Positions 11,072-18,883 of a DNA stretch of 64,000 nt are shown in pieces. A model generated the notes under the pieces. It searched no databases and was not told the origin of the DNA. It saw only the letters and a list, made by a program, of their open reading frames with translations. Made by a program: the position numbers and the translations under genes. Numbering within the stretch: position 1 is the stretch's first letter; each line of letters opens with the position of its first letter. Where the stretch lies: NCBI GenBank assembly GCA_049291695.1, contig JBATPX010000217.1, positions 30,001 through 94,000 of the forward strand, written 5' to 3'. This DNA is from Defluviicoccus sp. (GTDB lineage Bacteria > Pseudomonadota > Alphaproteobacteria > Rhodospirillales > Defluviicoccaceae).

Positions 11072-11503
11072 TTAGTCCGATTTGCCGCCCAGCATCTTCT
11101 TGAACTTGGCGCCGATGCCTTCCTGCTGGGCCGGTTCCGCCGCCGGCGCGGCCGGATCCTGGCCTTCGGTCCTTGCCGGCGCGCCAGGCTCGACCTTCGC
11201 GACGACGCTCGAGATCAGGTGCCGTTGCACCCGGACGCGCACGCCCTCGGCGATCTCCAGCTGCACCTCGTTGTCGTCGATCACCTTGACCACCGTGCCG
11301 ACGATGCCGCCGCCGGTGACGATCTTATCGCCGCGCCGGATAGCGCCCAGCATTGCCTTGTGTTCTTTCATTTTCTTCTGCTGCGGCCGGATCAGCAGAA
11401 AATAGAAGACGACGAAGATGAGGATGATCGGCAGGAAAGCTTCAAGGGCACCCGGTCCGGCGGCTCCCGTGCCTGCCTGCGCGAAGGCCGGCGAAACAAA
11501 CAT
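11072..11503 (-). CDS. yajC: Preprotein translocase subunit YajC (with extended acidic/Pro-rich C-terminus)
   Basis: MFVSPAFAQ..FLPIILIFVVFYFLLIRPQQKKMKEHKAMLGAIRRGDKIVTGGGIVGTV. ATG at 11503; the upstream extension in the ORF track is Arg-rich and implausible. Confidence 0.9.
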   Translation of the reverse strand: MFVSPAFAQAGTGAAGPGALEAFLPIILIFVVFYFLLIRPQQKKMKEHKAMLGAIRRGDKIVTGGGIVGTVVKVIDDNEVQLEIAEGVRVRVQRHLISSVVAKVEPGAPARTEGQDPAAPAAEPAQQEGIGAKFKKMLGGKSD

Positions 11504-11664
11504 CGAAGTCTCCTTGAAAAGGGGGCGTCGCTTGCGTCGAGGGCGGACTATAACCGGCGCCGTGGCGCTTGCAACCCATAAGGCGGACCGCTCCTGCGCC
11601 GCCCGAAGGCGCGCGTGGCGCCCGTTGGCTGTGACCAGATGCGTGATTGCGGAGTTAGGAGTGC

Positions 11665-12528
11665 ATGCACACGACCGATCTCGCCCCCCTTCTGCGGCGC
11701 TTGGCCGACGCGCTTGAGCGTCTGGCACCGCCGCTGCCCGCCGATGCCGGCCTTGACGACGGCGATGCCTTCGTCTGGAATCCGGCCGCGTCCGGCCTGC
11801 GCGCGGTCGCGAGCGTCAACCGGCTGGATTTGCGCCTGTTGCAGGGCATCGAGCAGCAGGCCGTGACTCTGCTCGCCAACACCAGACGCTTTGCCGAAGG
11901 CCTGCCCGCCAACAACGCGCTGTTGTGGGGCGCGCGCGGCACCGGCAAGAGCTCGCTGGTCAAAGCCATTCACGGCCATATCAACGCCGAACAGCCGCGC
12001 GCGCTGGCGCTGGTCGAGATCCACCGCGAAGACATCGCCTCGCTTCCCGATCTGTTGTTGCGCCTGCGGGCGAGTGAGCGCCGCTGCCTGTTGTTCTGCG
12101 ACGATCTGTCGTTCGACGGCCGCGACGCGTCGTATAAGTCGTTGAAAGCGGTGCTCGAAGGCGGGATCGAGGGCCGGCCGGAGAACGTCGTCTTCTATGC
12201 GACGTCCAATCGCCGCCACCTGATGCCGCGCGAGATGATCGACAACGAACGCGCAACGGCGGTCAATCGCGGCGAGGCGATCGAGGAGAAGATCTCGCTC
12301 TCCGACCGCTTCGGCCTCTGGCTCGGCTTCCACAGCTTCGATCAGGCGACCTACCTCGCGATCGTGCGCGCCTACGTCTGCCACTACGGCCTTGCGGTGG
12401 CCGATGACCTTGTGGCGGCGGAAGCGATCGCCTGGGCGCAGGCCCGCGGCGCCCGCTCGGGCCGCGTCGCCTGGCAATTCATCCAGGACTTAGCGGGCCG
12501 CCTGGGGTGCGGGATGGGTGGGGGGTAG
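11665..12528 (+). CDS. DUF815-type AAA ATPase
   Basis: Walker A GARGTGKSS, Walker B LLFCDDLSF, and the FYATSNRRHL block typical of DUF815. Divergent from yajC. Confidence 0.75.
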   Translation: MHTTDLAPLLRRLADALERLAPPLPADAGLDDGDAFVWNPAASGLRAVASVNRLDLRLLQGIEQQAVTLLANTRRFAEGLPANNALLWGARGTGKSSLVKAIHGHINAEQPRALALVEIHREDIASLPDLLLRLRASERRCLLFCDDLSFDGRDASYKSLKAVLEGGIEGRPENVVFYATSNRRHLMPREMIDNERATAVNRGEAIEEKISLSDRFGLWLGFHSFDQATYLAIVRAYVCHYGLAVADDLVAAEAIAWAQARGARSGRVAWQFIQDLAGRLGCGMGGG

Positions 12529-12625
12529 GGGGCGCGGGCGAACCATGCGGGCGCAAAACCTCGTTTGATCTCCGCAGTCGAGAACAAGTATCGTATCCTT
12601 CTCTGCGTTTGAGGAGTGAGATTGC

Positions 12626-14038
12626 ATGCCGACAGGCAGCAGCGTTACCGGCCCCAAGGGATCGGCACTGGCCCTCCCCCCGGCGACCACGCTGGCGGAG
12701 ATCCCAGCGCAGACGACGCTCGAGCCCTTGGAGAGTGGCGATCCCCGCTACGTCGATATCAACCGCGGTCTCGGCACGAGAGATCTGAGGAGGATGCGGG
12801 TGTGCCTGGAACAATCCGATGCCAACGCCAACCGCTATGCGAAAATCGCGTTCACCGGCCACCGTGGCTGCGGCAAGTCGACGGAACTCCTGCGGATGGA
12901 GCACGAGATCAGCGATCGCTTCACCTGCCTGCACCTCTACGTTGATGAGACCCTAATTCGGGACTGTCAGTACAGCGATCTCCTGCTCTGGCTCGCGCAC
13001 AGTCTGGTCGAGAAGGCTGAGGAACTGGGACTGAGAGCGCCACCGGGGTTGGTCAAGGATGTGGCCGATTGGTTCGCGGAGAAGACACTTGATGACGTAA
13101 AGACGGTCAAGCATGAGATCGAACTCGAAGCGACAGCCGAAGCCAAGGCGGGCGCCGGCGCTTTCGGCGTCGCGCTCAAGCTGTTGGCGCGCATCCGGGC
13201 GCGCGTGCAGGGCAACGTCGAGCAGCGGCAGACCATCAGGCTGAGATTACAGAGCTACGGCGTAGAGCTGATCGAGCGCGTCAACAGCCTGCTCGACTGG
13301 TTCCAGCAAGCCCTCGTCGATGCTCGCTGGGGGCCCGAACTGCTGATCGTCCAGGACAACCTCGACCGGCTGCCGGTCGACGTCGGCCGCCACCTGTTCT
13401 TCGATCACGGCGAGCTCTTGAAGCAGTTGCGGGCACACATGATCTTCACGCATCCGATCGCGATGGTGCTCGCCCCGTACCGTATCGGTGCCGTATTCGA
13501 CAACTGCTACACCATGCCGATGGTGAAGGTGCGGCACCGGGACGGCAGCCCCTGCGACGACGGCCTCAATGCTCTGATCGATCTGGTTGGCCGGCGGGTC
13601 GCGATCGATCGGGTGTTCACGGAAGAAGCTGTTGCGCGCTCGCTTGCCGCCCGGTCTGGCGGTAGTGTCCGTGACCTGTTGCGGCTGGTGACCAGCGCCC
13701 AGCAGGAAGCGCGCCTCGACGGCAAGACGCAGATCGACCAGGCAAGCGCGGATGAAGCGGTCAAGCGCCTGCGCCTCGATTTCGAACGGCTGCTCGTGCC
13801 AAGCGATGTCTATTTCCCGCTTCTGGCGCAGATCCACAGGACCAAGGACCTGACGCTCGCCGGTGGAACCGCCGCTGCTGCCAGTACGGCACAGGACGCA
13901 CGGGAATTCTTCAGCCAGCTTCTCTTTAACGGCAGCGTTCTTGAGTACAACGGCGATCGCAACTGGTACGATGTCCATCCGGTAATCCTGGACATCGAGG
14001 CCTTTCAACGTGCCCTCACGAGTGCCCGAGCCGGCTGA
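12626..14038 (+). CDS. KAP/STAND-like P-loop NTPase (no sensor repeats, no effector domain recognised)
   Basis: SD GAGGAG lies 9 nt before ATG 12626. Walker A GHRGCGKST (aa 78-86). About 150 aa of helical insert. Walker B-like LLIVQDNLDRL (aa 239-249, reminiscent of the KAP DDLDR signature). GGSVRDLL sensor-2/lid-like motif (aa 345-352). Confidence 0.7.
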   Translation: MPTGSSVTGPKGSALALPPATTLAEIPAQTTLEPLESGDPRYVDINRGLGTRDLRRMRVCLEQSDANANRYAKIAFTGHRGCGKSTELLRMEHEISDRFTCLHLYVDETLIRDCQYSDLLLWLAHSLVEKAEELGLRAPPGLVKDVADWFAEKTLDDVKTVKHEIELEATAEAKAGAGAFGVALKLLARIRARVQGNVEQRQTIRLRLQSYGVELIERVNSLLDWFQQALVDARWGPELLIVQDNLDRLPVDVGRHLFFDHGELLKQLRAHMIFTHPIAMVLAPYRIGAVFDNCYTMPMVKVRHRDGSPCDDGLNALIDLVGRRVAIDRVFTEEAVARSLAARSGGSVRDLLRLVTSAQQEARLDGKTQIDQASADEAVKRLRLDFERLLVPSDVYFPLLAQIHRTKDLTLAGGTAAAASTAQDAREFFSQLLFNGSVLEYNGDRNWYDVHPVILDIEAFQRALTSARAG

Positions 14039-15266
14039 GCCATCGGTTACCGCGGCCATTGATGCAAGTCCGGATCCGCACGACCGGGAATTGCGCGGGG
14101 TAGCGCTTGCTCTCAGCGATGGGAGCGGTTTTCGCCTCGCCATCGCCACCTTCGGTGATACCGGGATCCGCGACGTCCTCATCGATCGTCTGACGGCAAG
14201 GCTTGCCGCCGACGGCGTGACACTCACGCGCCTTGATGTCGCGTCCCTGGTGCCCCCTGATGAGCGGGAGGCGCGCCAGGAGTTCAGCTTGCTCGCCGCA
14301 CTGCGCGACCATTGCGCAGGACTGACAGCGGCGCAACAAGGGGCGAAAATTGCCATCTCGGTGGTCGGCCTGGAGCACTTCATCTCCGAGTTCAGCGACG
14401 GCGGCCTGGACGTGCTCGCGACCGCCAACCTGCAGCGGGAGCTGTTTCCCAAGGCCTGCCCGGTGCCGGTGGTGCTCTGGCTGCCACCGTGGGCGACGAC
14501 GCTGCTGGCTCAAAAAGCACCGGATCTGTGGCACTGGCGGACTGCGACCTTCGACTTTCCCGGCGGCGGCGCCCCGCCATCGGCCCTCACCGCGTGGCCG
14601 GAGCTGACGCGCGAGGAGTGGTGGCGGCCGGTCGATGGCGAGCGACTGGGGGAACTAACCGAGGAGCTGGAGGCACTGCGGAGGTCCGAGGGCGGGGAGG
14701 ACTCACCCCGCGCCCGTGCGTATGCGGCGCGTCTGCGCGTGCGTCTCGCCGACGCCCGTTATTCGCGAGGCACTTGGGATGAGGCGCTGTCCCTGCTGGT
14801 GGAAGCGCGCGAGGCCTACGAGCGCTTGGGCGACATGCGCTCGCGCGCGGTGACGATGGGCCAGATCGCGGACATTCTGCAAGCGCGCGGTCAGCTGGAC
14901 GAGGCGCTGCGCATTCGCAAGGAGGAGCAACTCCCCGTTTACGAGCGCTTGGGTGACGTGCGGGAGCGCGCGGTGACGATGGGCCAGATCGCGGACATTC
15001 TGCAAGCGCGCGGTCAGCTGGACGAGGCGCTGCGGATCCGGATGGAGGAGCAACTGCCGGTCTACGAGCGCTTGGGTGACGTGCGGGAGTTGCTTGTCGG
15101 CCGGGCGAATCTGGCGCAAATGCTTCTCATTCGCAACACCAAGGACGATCGCCCGGAGGCGCACCGGCTGCTGTGCCTGGCGCTGGCCGACGCCCGACGG
15201 CTGGGCCTGCCCGAAGCCGCACAGATCGAACGGCTACTGACCGACGCTGGCCTTGCATGCAATTGA
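14010..15266 (+). CDS. Degenerate NTPase-like N-domain fused to TPR repeats (partner of the preceding NTPase)
   Basis: The GTG start overlaps the upstream stop by 29 nt; alternative in-frame starts are GTG 14022 and TTG 14091. The N-terminal ~180 aa show a strand/helix alternation with FGDTGIRD and VVGLEH at the positions where Walker A and B would be, and no GK[ST]. C-terminal 41-aa TPR units: YERLGDxRxRAVTMGQIADILQARGQLDEALRIRxEEQLPV. Confidence 0.75.
   Translation: MPSRVPEPAEPSVTAAIDASPDPHDRELRGVALALSDGSGFRLAIATFGDTGIRDVLIDRLTARLAADGVTLTRLDVASLVPPDEREARQEFSLLAALRDHCAGLTAAQQGAKIAISVVGLEHFISEFSDGGLDVLATANLQRELFPKACPVPVVLWLPPWATTLLAQKAPDLWHWRTATFDFPGGGAPPSALTAWPELTREEWWRPVDGERLGELTEELEALRRSEGGEDSPRARAYAARLRVRLADARYSRGTWDEALSLLVEAREAYERLGDMRSRAVTMGQIADILQARGQLDEALRIRKEEQLPVYERLGDVRERAVTMGQIADILQARGQLDEALRIRMEEQLPVYERLGDVRELLVGRANLAQMLLIRNTKDDRPEAHRLLCLALADARRLGLPEAAQIERLLTDAGLACN
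14817..15090 (+). repeat. 123-bp tandem repeat (2 full copies + 27-nt partial) encoding TPR units
   Basis: Copies at 14817-14939 and 14940-15062, partial copy from 15063. By eye about 12 mismatches per 123 nt, with a perfectly identical core of about 69 nt (gcgcgcggtgacgatgggccagatcgcggacattctgcaagcgcgcggtcagctggacgaggcgctgcg). Confidence 0.9.
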
Positions 15267-15275
15267 AAGCCACGC

Positions 15276-15298
15276 GCGGAAGCGTCAGCAGCTTCCGC
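15276..15298. terminator. Hairpin between convergent TPR gene and RHH gene
   Basis: GCGGAAGC-gtcagca-GCTTCCGC, 10 nt after the 15266 stop. A second short GCTCC/GGAGC hairpin follows. No U-tract. Confidence 0.35.
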
Positions 15299-15392
15299 TA
15301 GGGTGCGGATGCGGGGGCTCCTCCCGGGGAGCGCCGACGCGTTATCTAAACGGCGACCGCCCCGCCGCTCGCGCTTCGCGTCCGCCCCCCCG

Positions 15393-15866
15393 CTAATGCC
15401 GCCAGTCGTCGCCGGGGGTCAGGGCGGCGTCGAGGAAGTTGGCGACCGCGTTCTGCAGCAGGCTCTGCACGCTGACGCCCCACAGCCGCGCGATGTTGCG
15501 CAGTTGGCGGTGGGACTCGGGCCGCAAGCGAAAGCTCAAGCGTTTCCAGTCTTCCTCCCGGCCCCCGTCGATCGCTGCCGGCGTCAATGGCGGCGGTGCC
15601 GACAGTGCCTCGCGTGGATACTCCTCCGTGCTGTCCGCGCCCCAAGGCGTCTCGCCGATCGGGACCGGCGGCGGTGCCACGATCGCGCCCGGCGGCAGCG
15701 CGCCGGTGACCCGCCGTTGGATGAGGAAGCCAAGCGGTGATGAGGCGCCCGCCTCGACGCCCGCGCGCGGATCGCGCACCGGCACGCCGGCGGGAATAGC
15801 TTCGCCCTTCTTGGCGAACAGGCTCTCGCGCCCGCTGCGGGCGCGCGGGGCTCTCGTCATGTTCAT
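15393..15866 (-). CDS. Ribbon-helix-helix (ParG/CopG-like) protein with long disordered N-terminus
   Basis: C-terminal DWKRLSFRLRPESHRQLRNIARLWGVSVQSLLQNAVANFL fits the RHH strand-helix-helix pattern. Basic N-terminal tail MNMTRAPRARSGR. The start lies 1 nt after the ParA stop. Confidence 0.6.
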   Translation of the reverse strand: MNMTRAPRARSGRESLFAKKGEAIPAGVPVRDPRAGVEAGASSPLGFLIQRRVTGALPPGAIVAPPPVPIGETPWGADSTEEYPREALSAPPPLTPAAIDGGREEDWKRLSFRLRPESHRQLRNIARLWGVSVQSLLQNAVANFLDAALTPGDDWRH

Positions 15867-15867
15867 G

Positions 15868-16644
15868 TCAGCCTGCCACGGCCACCGGTGGCGTCGACTT
15901 GCGGCGGCCAAAGGCGGCGCGCTTCTGGTACACGCCGGTGCCGAGCGTCGCGCGGCCGGCCGGCTTGTCGATGCGGGCGTAGATGTAGTTCCACAAATCC
16001 GCCACCTCGAGCGCGGCCGCGGTGCCGGGCTGCGTCTCGACCACGGTCAGGCCGTGGATCATGCTGGTCGCATAAATGGTCCTGTGCGCGATGCAGACCG
16101 GCGCCACCGTGCCGTGCTGGGAGAGCGCGATCGCGGTATCGCTTGTGATCCGGGCCCTGGGCGTCGCGTCGCTGACGACGAAGATCAAGGGCTTCATCTG
16201 GCTGTCGATGATATCGACCGTCGCTCCGACCGCCCGCAGATCGTGCGGCGAGGGCTTGGTCGGCACCACAACCATGTCGGCGAAGGCGACAATGCGGCGG
16301 ATGGTATCGGTCACCGCCGGCGGCGTATCGATGAAAACAAGCCGGATGCCGCTCCGCTCCAACTGGTCCAGGTCCTCGTGCAGGTAGTCGACCTGCGCCT
16401 TCATGAACACCGGCGCGTCCGCCGAGCGCGCATTCCACCACTGCGCCAGGCTGCCCTGCGGATCGGTATCGACGAGCGCGACCGGGCCGCAGCCGGTCAG
16501 CTCCGCCTGCACGGCAAGATGCCCGCACAGCGTGGTCTTGCCGGATCCGCCCTTCTGCGAGGAGAACACGACGACGCGAAGGCCGCGCGTGTTCTCGCCG
16601 GCGGCGGACGAGCTTTCGTTCCCGACCGGTTGAGACGTCAGCAT
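15868..16644 (-). CDS. ParA/MinD-family partition-type ATPase (orphan)
   Basis: Deviant Walker A VFSSQKGGSGKTT, VALVDTDPQGS, Walker B LVFIDTPP. ATG 16644 chosen (MLTSQP). Confidence 0.85.
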   Translation of the reverse strand: MLTSQPVGNESSSAAGENTRGLRVVVFSSQKGGSGKTTLCGHLAVQAELTGCGPVALVDTDPQGSLAQWWNARSADAPVFMKAQVDYLHEDLDQLERSGIRLVFIDTPPAVTDTIRRIVAFADMVVVPTKPSPHDLRAVGATVDIIDSQMKPLIFVVSDATPRARITSDTAIALSQHGTVAPVCIAHRTIYATSMIHGLTVVETQPGTAAALEVADLWNYIYARIDKPAGRATLGTGVYQKRAAFGRRKSTPPVAVAG

Positions 16645-16844
16645 GCTCCACTCCCTGCCGAACCGCCAACCCGTTGCTCGCGGTGCTGGCGGAAAAGAGC
16701 TCGATGTCGCGTCGCAAGTATCCGGCCAGGGCGGCGGCGCTGGTGCGTGTCCGGGACGATTTTCATCAAGCACAACCCGAACCGCATCCGGCGACACGCC
16801 AAGCCGCCGTGCACTGGAAGAAATAAACCGAAAACCTGCACCGC

Positions 16845-16965
16845 GTTTATATAGCATAGGACGTCCCAGCAGACGAATTATAATATTCTATACTTATATA
16901 TGCTGAAATAGCTGGAAATTGCTCTTAATTAATTGCATATTTTCGCGCATTAATCTCTTTACGAA
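16845..16965. promoter_or_regulatory. Strongly AT-rich spacer with short direct and palindromic repeats (candidate divergent promoter / centromere-like site)
   Basis: Visibly AT-rich in a GC-rich context. GAAATAGCT (16905-16913) and GAAATTGCT (16915-16923) repeat at a 10-bp period. TTAATTAA and ATTAAT palindromes follow. Confidence 0.35.
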
Positions 16966-17219
16966 CCCGGCTCCGGCCGGCCGCGGCTCGCGCGGTGCCG
17001 TGGCCGCACCCACAACCGATAGGAGAGCATCGGTGCGGCCGCCGCGGCCTGCTGCGACCGCGGGGAAGCGCGCACTGAATGTTTCGCCGGCATGACAGCG
17101 GCAAAAGTGCGCTGCGGCCGCGGTTTCATTGCCCGCCGCCGCCAAGACCCTCGTTGCCAATGCGAGTCCGCTCGTGTATTTGGGGCAAAGCGCTAGCCCA
17201 AGAGCGGGGAGATTCAGGT

Positions 17220-18167
17220 ATGAGAGTCACGAGGACGGTTAAGAAGATTCTTGATAACTATGAAAGCGACAATCCGGGCACCAAAGCCAATCTGGCACGG
17301 ATGCTTTCCACAGGCCGCCTCGGCGGCACCGGGAAGATGGTCATTCTGCCGGTTGATCAAGGCTTTGAGCATGGTCCGGCGCGCAGTTTCGGCCCCAATC
17401 CGGCCGGTTACGATCCGCTCTATCATGCCCAACTGGCGATCGATGCTGGTCTGAATGCCTATGCATCGGTGCTCGGCATGATTGAGCAGGTGGCAGACAG
17501 CTTGGCAGGGCAGATCCCGTTCATCCTCAAGATGAACAGCTCGAATTCGCTGGCTCGTAATAAGGAAGCACCGACCCAGGCCATCACCGCATCGGTCGAC
17601 GATGCGATCCGGCTCGGGTGCGCCGCGATCGGCTACACCATCTATCCGGCATCCGATGCCGCATTCGACATGATGGAAGACCTGCGCGAGCTGACCGCCG
17701 AGGCGAAGGCCAAGGGGCTTGCCGTCGTCGTGTGGTCGTACCCGCGCGGCGGTGCGCTGTCGAAGGACGGCGAGCTGTCGATTGACGTTGGCGCGTATGC
17801 GGCGCACATGGCGGCTCTGCTCGGTGCCCACGTTATCAAGGTCAAGCTGCCGAGCAACTTCCTTGAGCAGGGCGAGGCGAAGAAGGTCTACGAGGCGCAG
17901 AAGATCGACATTTCGACCCAGGCGGCGCGGGTCAAGCACGTCATGCAGGCGGCTTTCGCCGGCCGGCGCATCGTTGTGTTCTCGGGCGGCGCTATGAAGG
18001 GTGCGGATGCCGTCTATCAGGATGCGCAGGACATCTTCGACGGCGGCGGCAACGGCCAGATCATCGGCCGCAACACCTTCCAGCGGCCGCGCGAGGATGC
18101 TCTGGCAATGCTTGATCGCATCATCAACATCTTCCTCGGCAAAGTTCGTCAGGGCGAGGGCAAGTAG
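17220..18167 (+). CDS. fbaB: Class I fructose-bisphosphate aldolase (DhnA/FbaB type)
   Basis: MRVTRTVKKILDNYESDNPGTKANLARML..KMVILPVDQGFEHGP..IKVKLP. ATG 17220 follows the GGGGAGA SD. Confidence 0.8.
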   Translation: MRVTRTVKKILDNYESDNPGTKANLARMLSTGRLGGTGKMVILPVDQGFEHGPARSFGPNPAGYDPLYHAQLAIDAGLNAYASVLGMIEQVADSLAGQIPFILKMNSSNSLARNKEAPTQAITASVDDAIRLGCAAIGYTIYPASDAAFDMMEDLRELTAEAKAKGLAVVVWSYPRGGALSKDGELSIDVGAYAAHMAALLGAHVIKVKLPSNFLEQGEAKKVYEAQKIDISTQAARVKHVMQAAFAGRRIVVFSGGAMKGADAVYQDAQDIFDGGGNGQIIGRNTFQRPREDALAMLDRIINIFLGKVRQGEGK

Positions 18168-18204
18168 CCCCTAACACGGTGAGGCCGCCGTCGGGGACGC
18201 GGCA

Positions 18205-18849
18205 ATGCCGCCCAACTGCCGGCTGTATCTGATCACGCCGCCGCGCTTGGACGCGGCGGCGTTTTCATCTGTCATGGCGCAGGCGCTCGATGCCGGTGAC
18301 GTCGCCGCCGTGCAACTGCGGTTGAAAGACGCTGCGGACGACGACATTCGTCACACGTGCGACGTTCTGCGCCCCGTCGTTCAGGCGCGCGACGCAGCCT
18401 TCCTCCTCAACGACCGCGCCGATCTCGCCGCCGAGACGGGCTGCGACGGCGTCCATATCGGCCAGACCGACTGCCCCTACCGAACGGCGCGCCGCCTGGT
18501 GGGCGAGAACGGCATCGTCGGTGTCACGTGTCACGCCTCGCGCCACCTGGCCATCGAGGCCGCGGAGGCTGGCGCCGATTACGTGGCCTTCGGGGCCTTC
18601 TTCCCGACCGCAACCAAGGTTGCGCCGGCCGCAGCCGATCCGGAGATCCTAGAGTGGTGGTCGACGATGATGACGCTTCCCTGCGTCGCCATTGGCGGCC
18701 TTACGGTCGACAATTGTGCGCCCATCATCGAGGCGGGGGCCGATTTTCTCGCCGTCAGCGCGGGCGTGTGGGACCACCCCGCGGGCGCTGCGGCAGCCGT
18801 GCGAGCCTTTAACGCCACGATCGAACGGGTGCTCGAGCCGTCGCGCTGA
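18205..18849 (+). CDS. thiE: Thiamine-phosphate synthase
   Basis: [53 protein letters not shown] blocks. Confidence 0.85.
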   Translation: MPPNCRLYLITPPRLDAAAFSSVMAQALDAGDVAAVQLRLKDAADDDIRHTCDVLRPVVQARDAAFLLNDRADLAAETGCDGVHIGQTDCPYRTARRLVGENGIVGVTCHASRHLAIEAAEAGADYVAFGAFFPTATKVAPAAADPEILEWWSTMMTLPCVAIGGLTVDNCAPIIEAGADFLAVSAGVWDHPAGAAAAVRAFNATIERVLEPSR

Positions 18850-18883
18850 GGCGGCAACGTGCCGCAGGCGCGCACACGGTTCC

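Noticed and set aside
9749-11581. 610-aa plus-strand ORF
   Set aside because: It is antisense to secD/yajC. The translation is Arg/Asp/Ala/Gly-rich with no motifs, which is typical of spurious long ORFs in high-GC DNA, while the opposite strand encodes unmistakable SecD and YajC.
13247-14452. 401-aa minus-strand ORF across the NTPase/TPR genes
   Set aside because: It is Arg/Ser/Ala-rich with no motifs. The plus-strand genes have a strong SD, Walker motifs and TPRs.
12540-17000. Calling the NTPase/TPR/par islet (and the 23.6-37.8 kb cluster) a mobile element
   Set aside because: No integrase, transposase, relaxase, att-like direct repeats or flanking tRNA were found. It is reported only as an accessory-looking region in the findings.
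16990-17045. Imperfect extended hairpin (GGCCGCACC..CCGAT-aggagagc-ATCGG-TGCGGCC) upstream of fbaB as a possible riboswitch or sRNA
   Set aside because: It has no resemblance to any riboswitch class I know. A single stem-loop is insufficient evidence.
18168-18204. Expected TPP riboswitch upstream of thiE
   Set aside because: Only 37 nt separate the fbaB stop and the thiE start, and they contain no CUGAGA/ACCUGA-type TPP aptamer elements. thiE is probably co-transcribed with fbaB.
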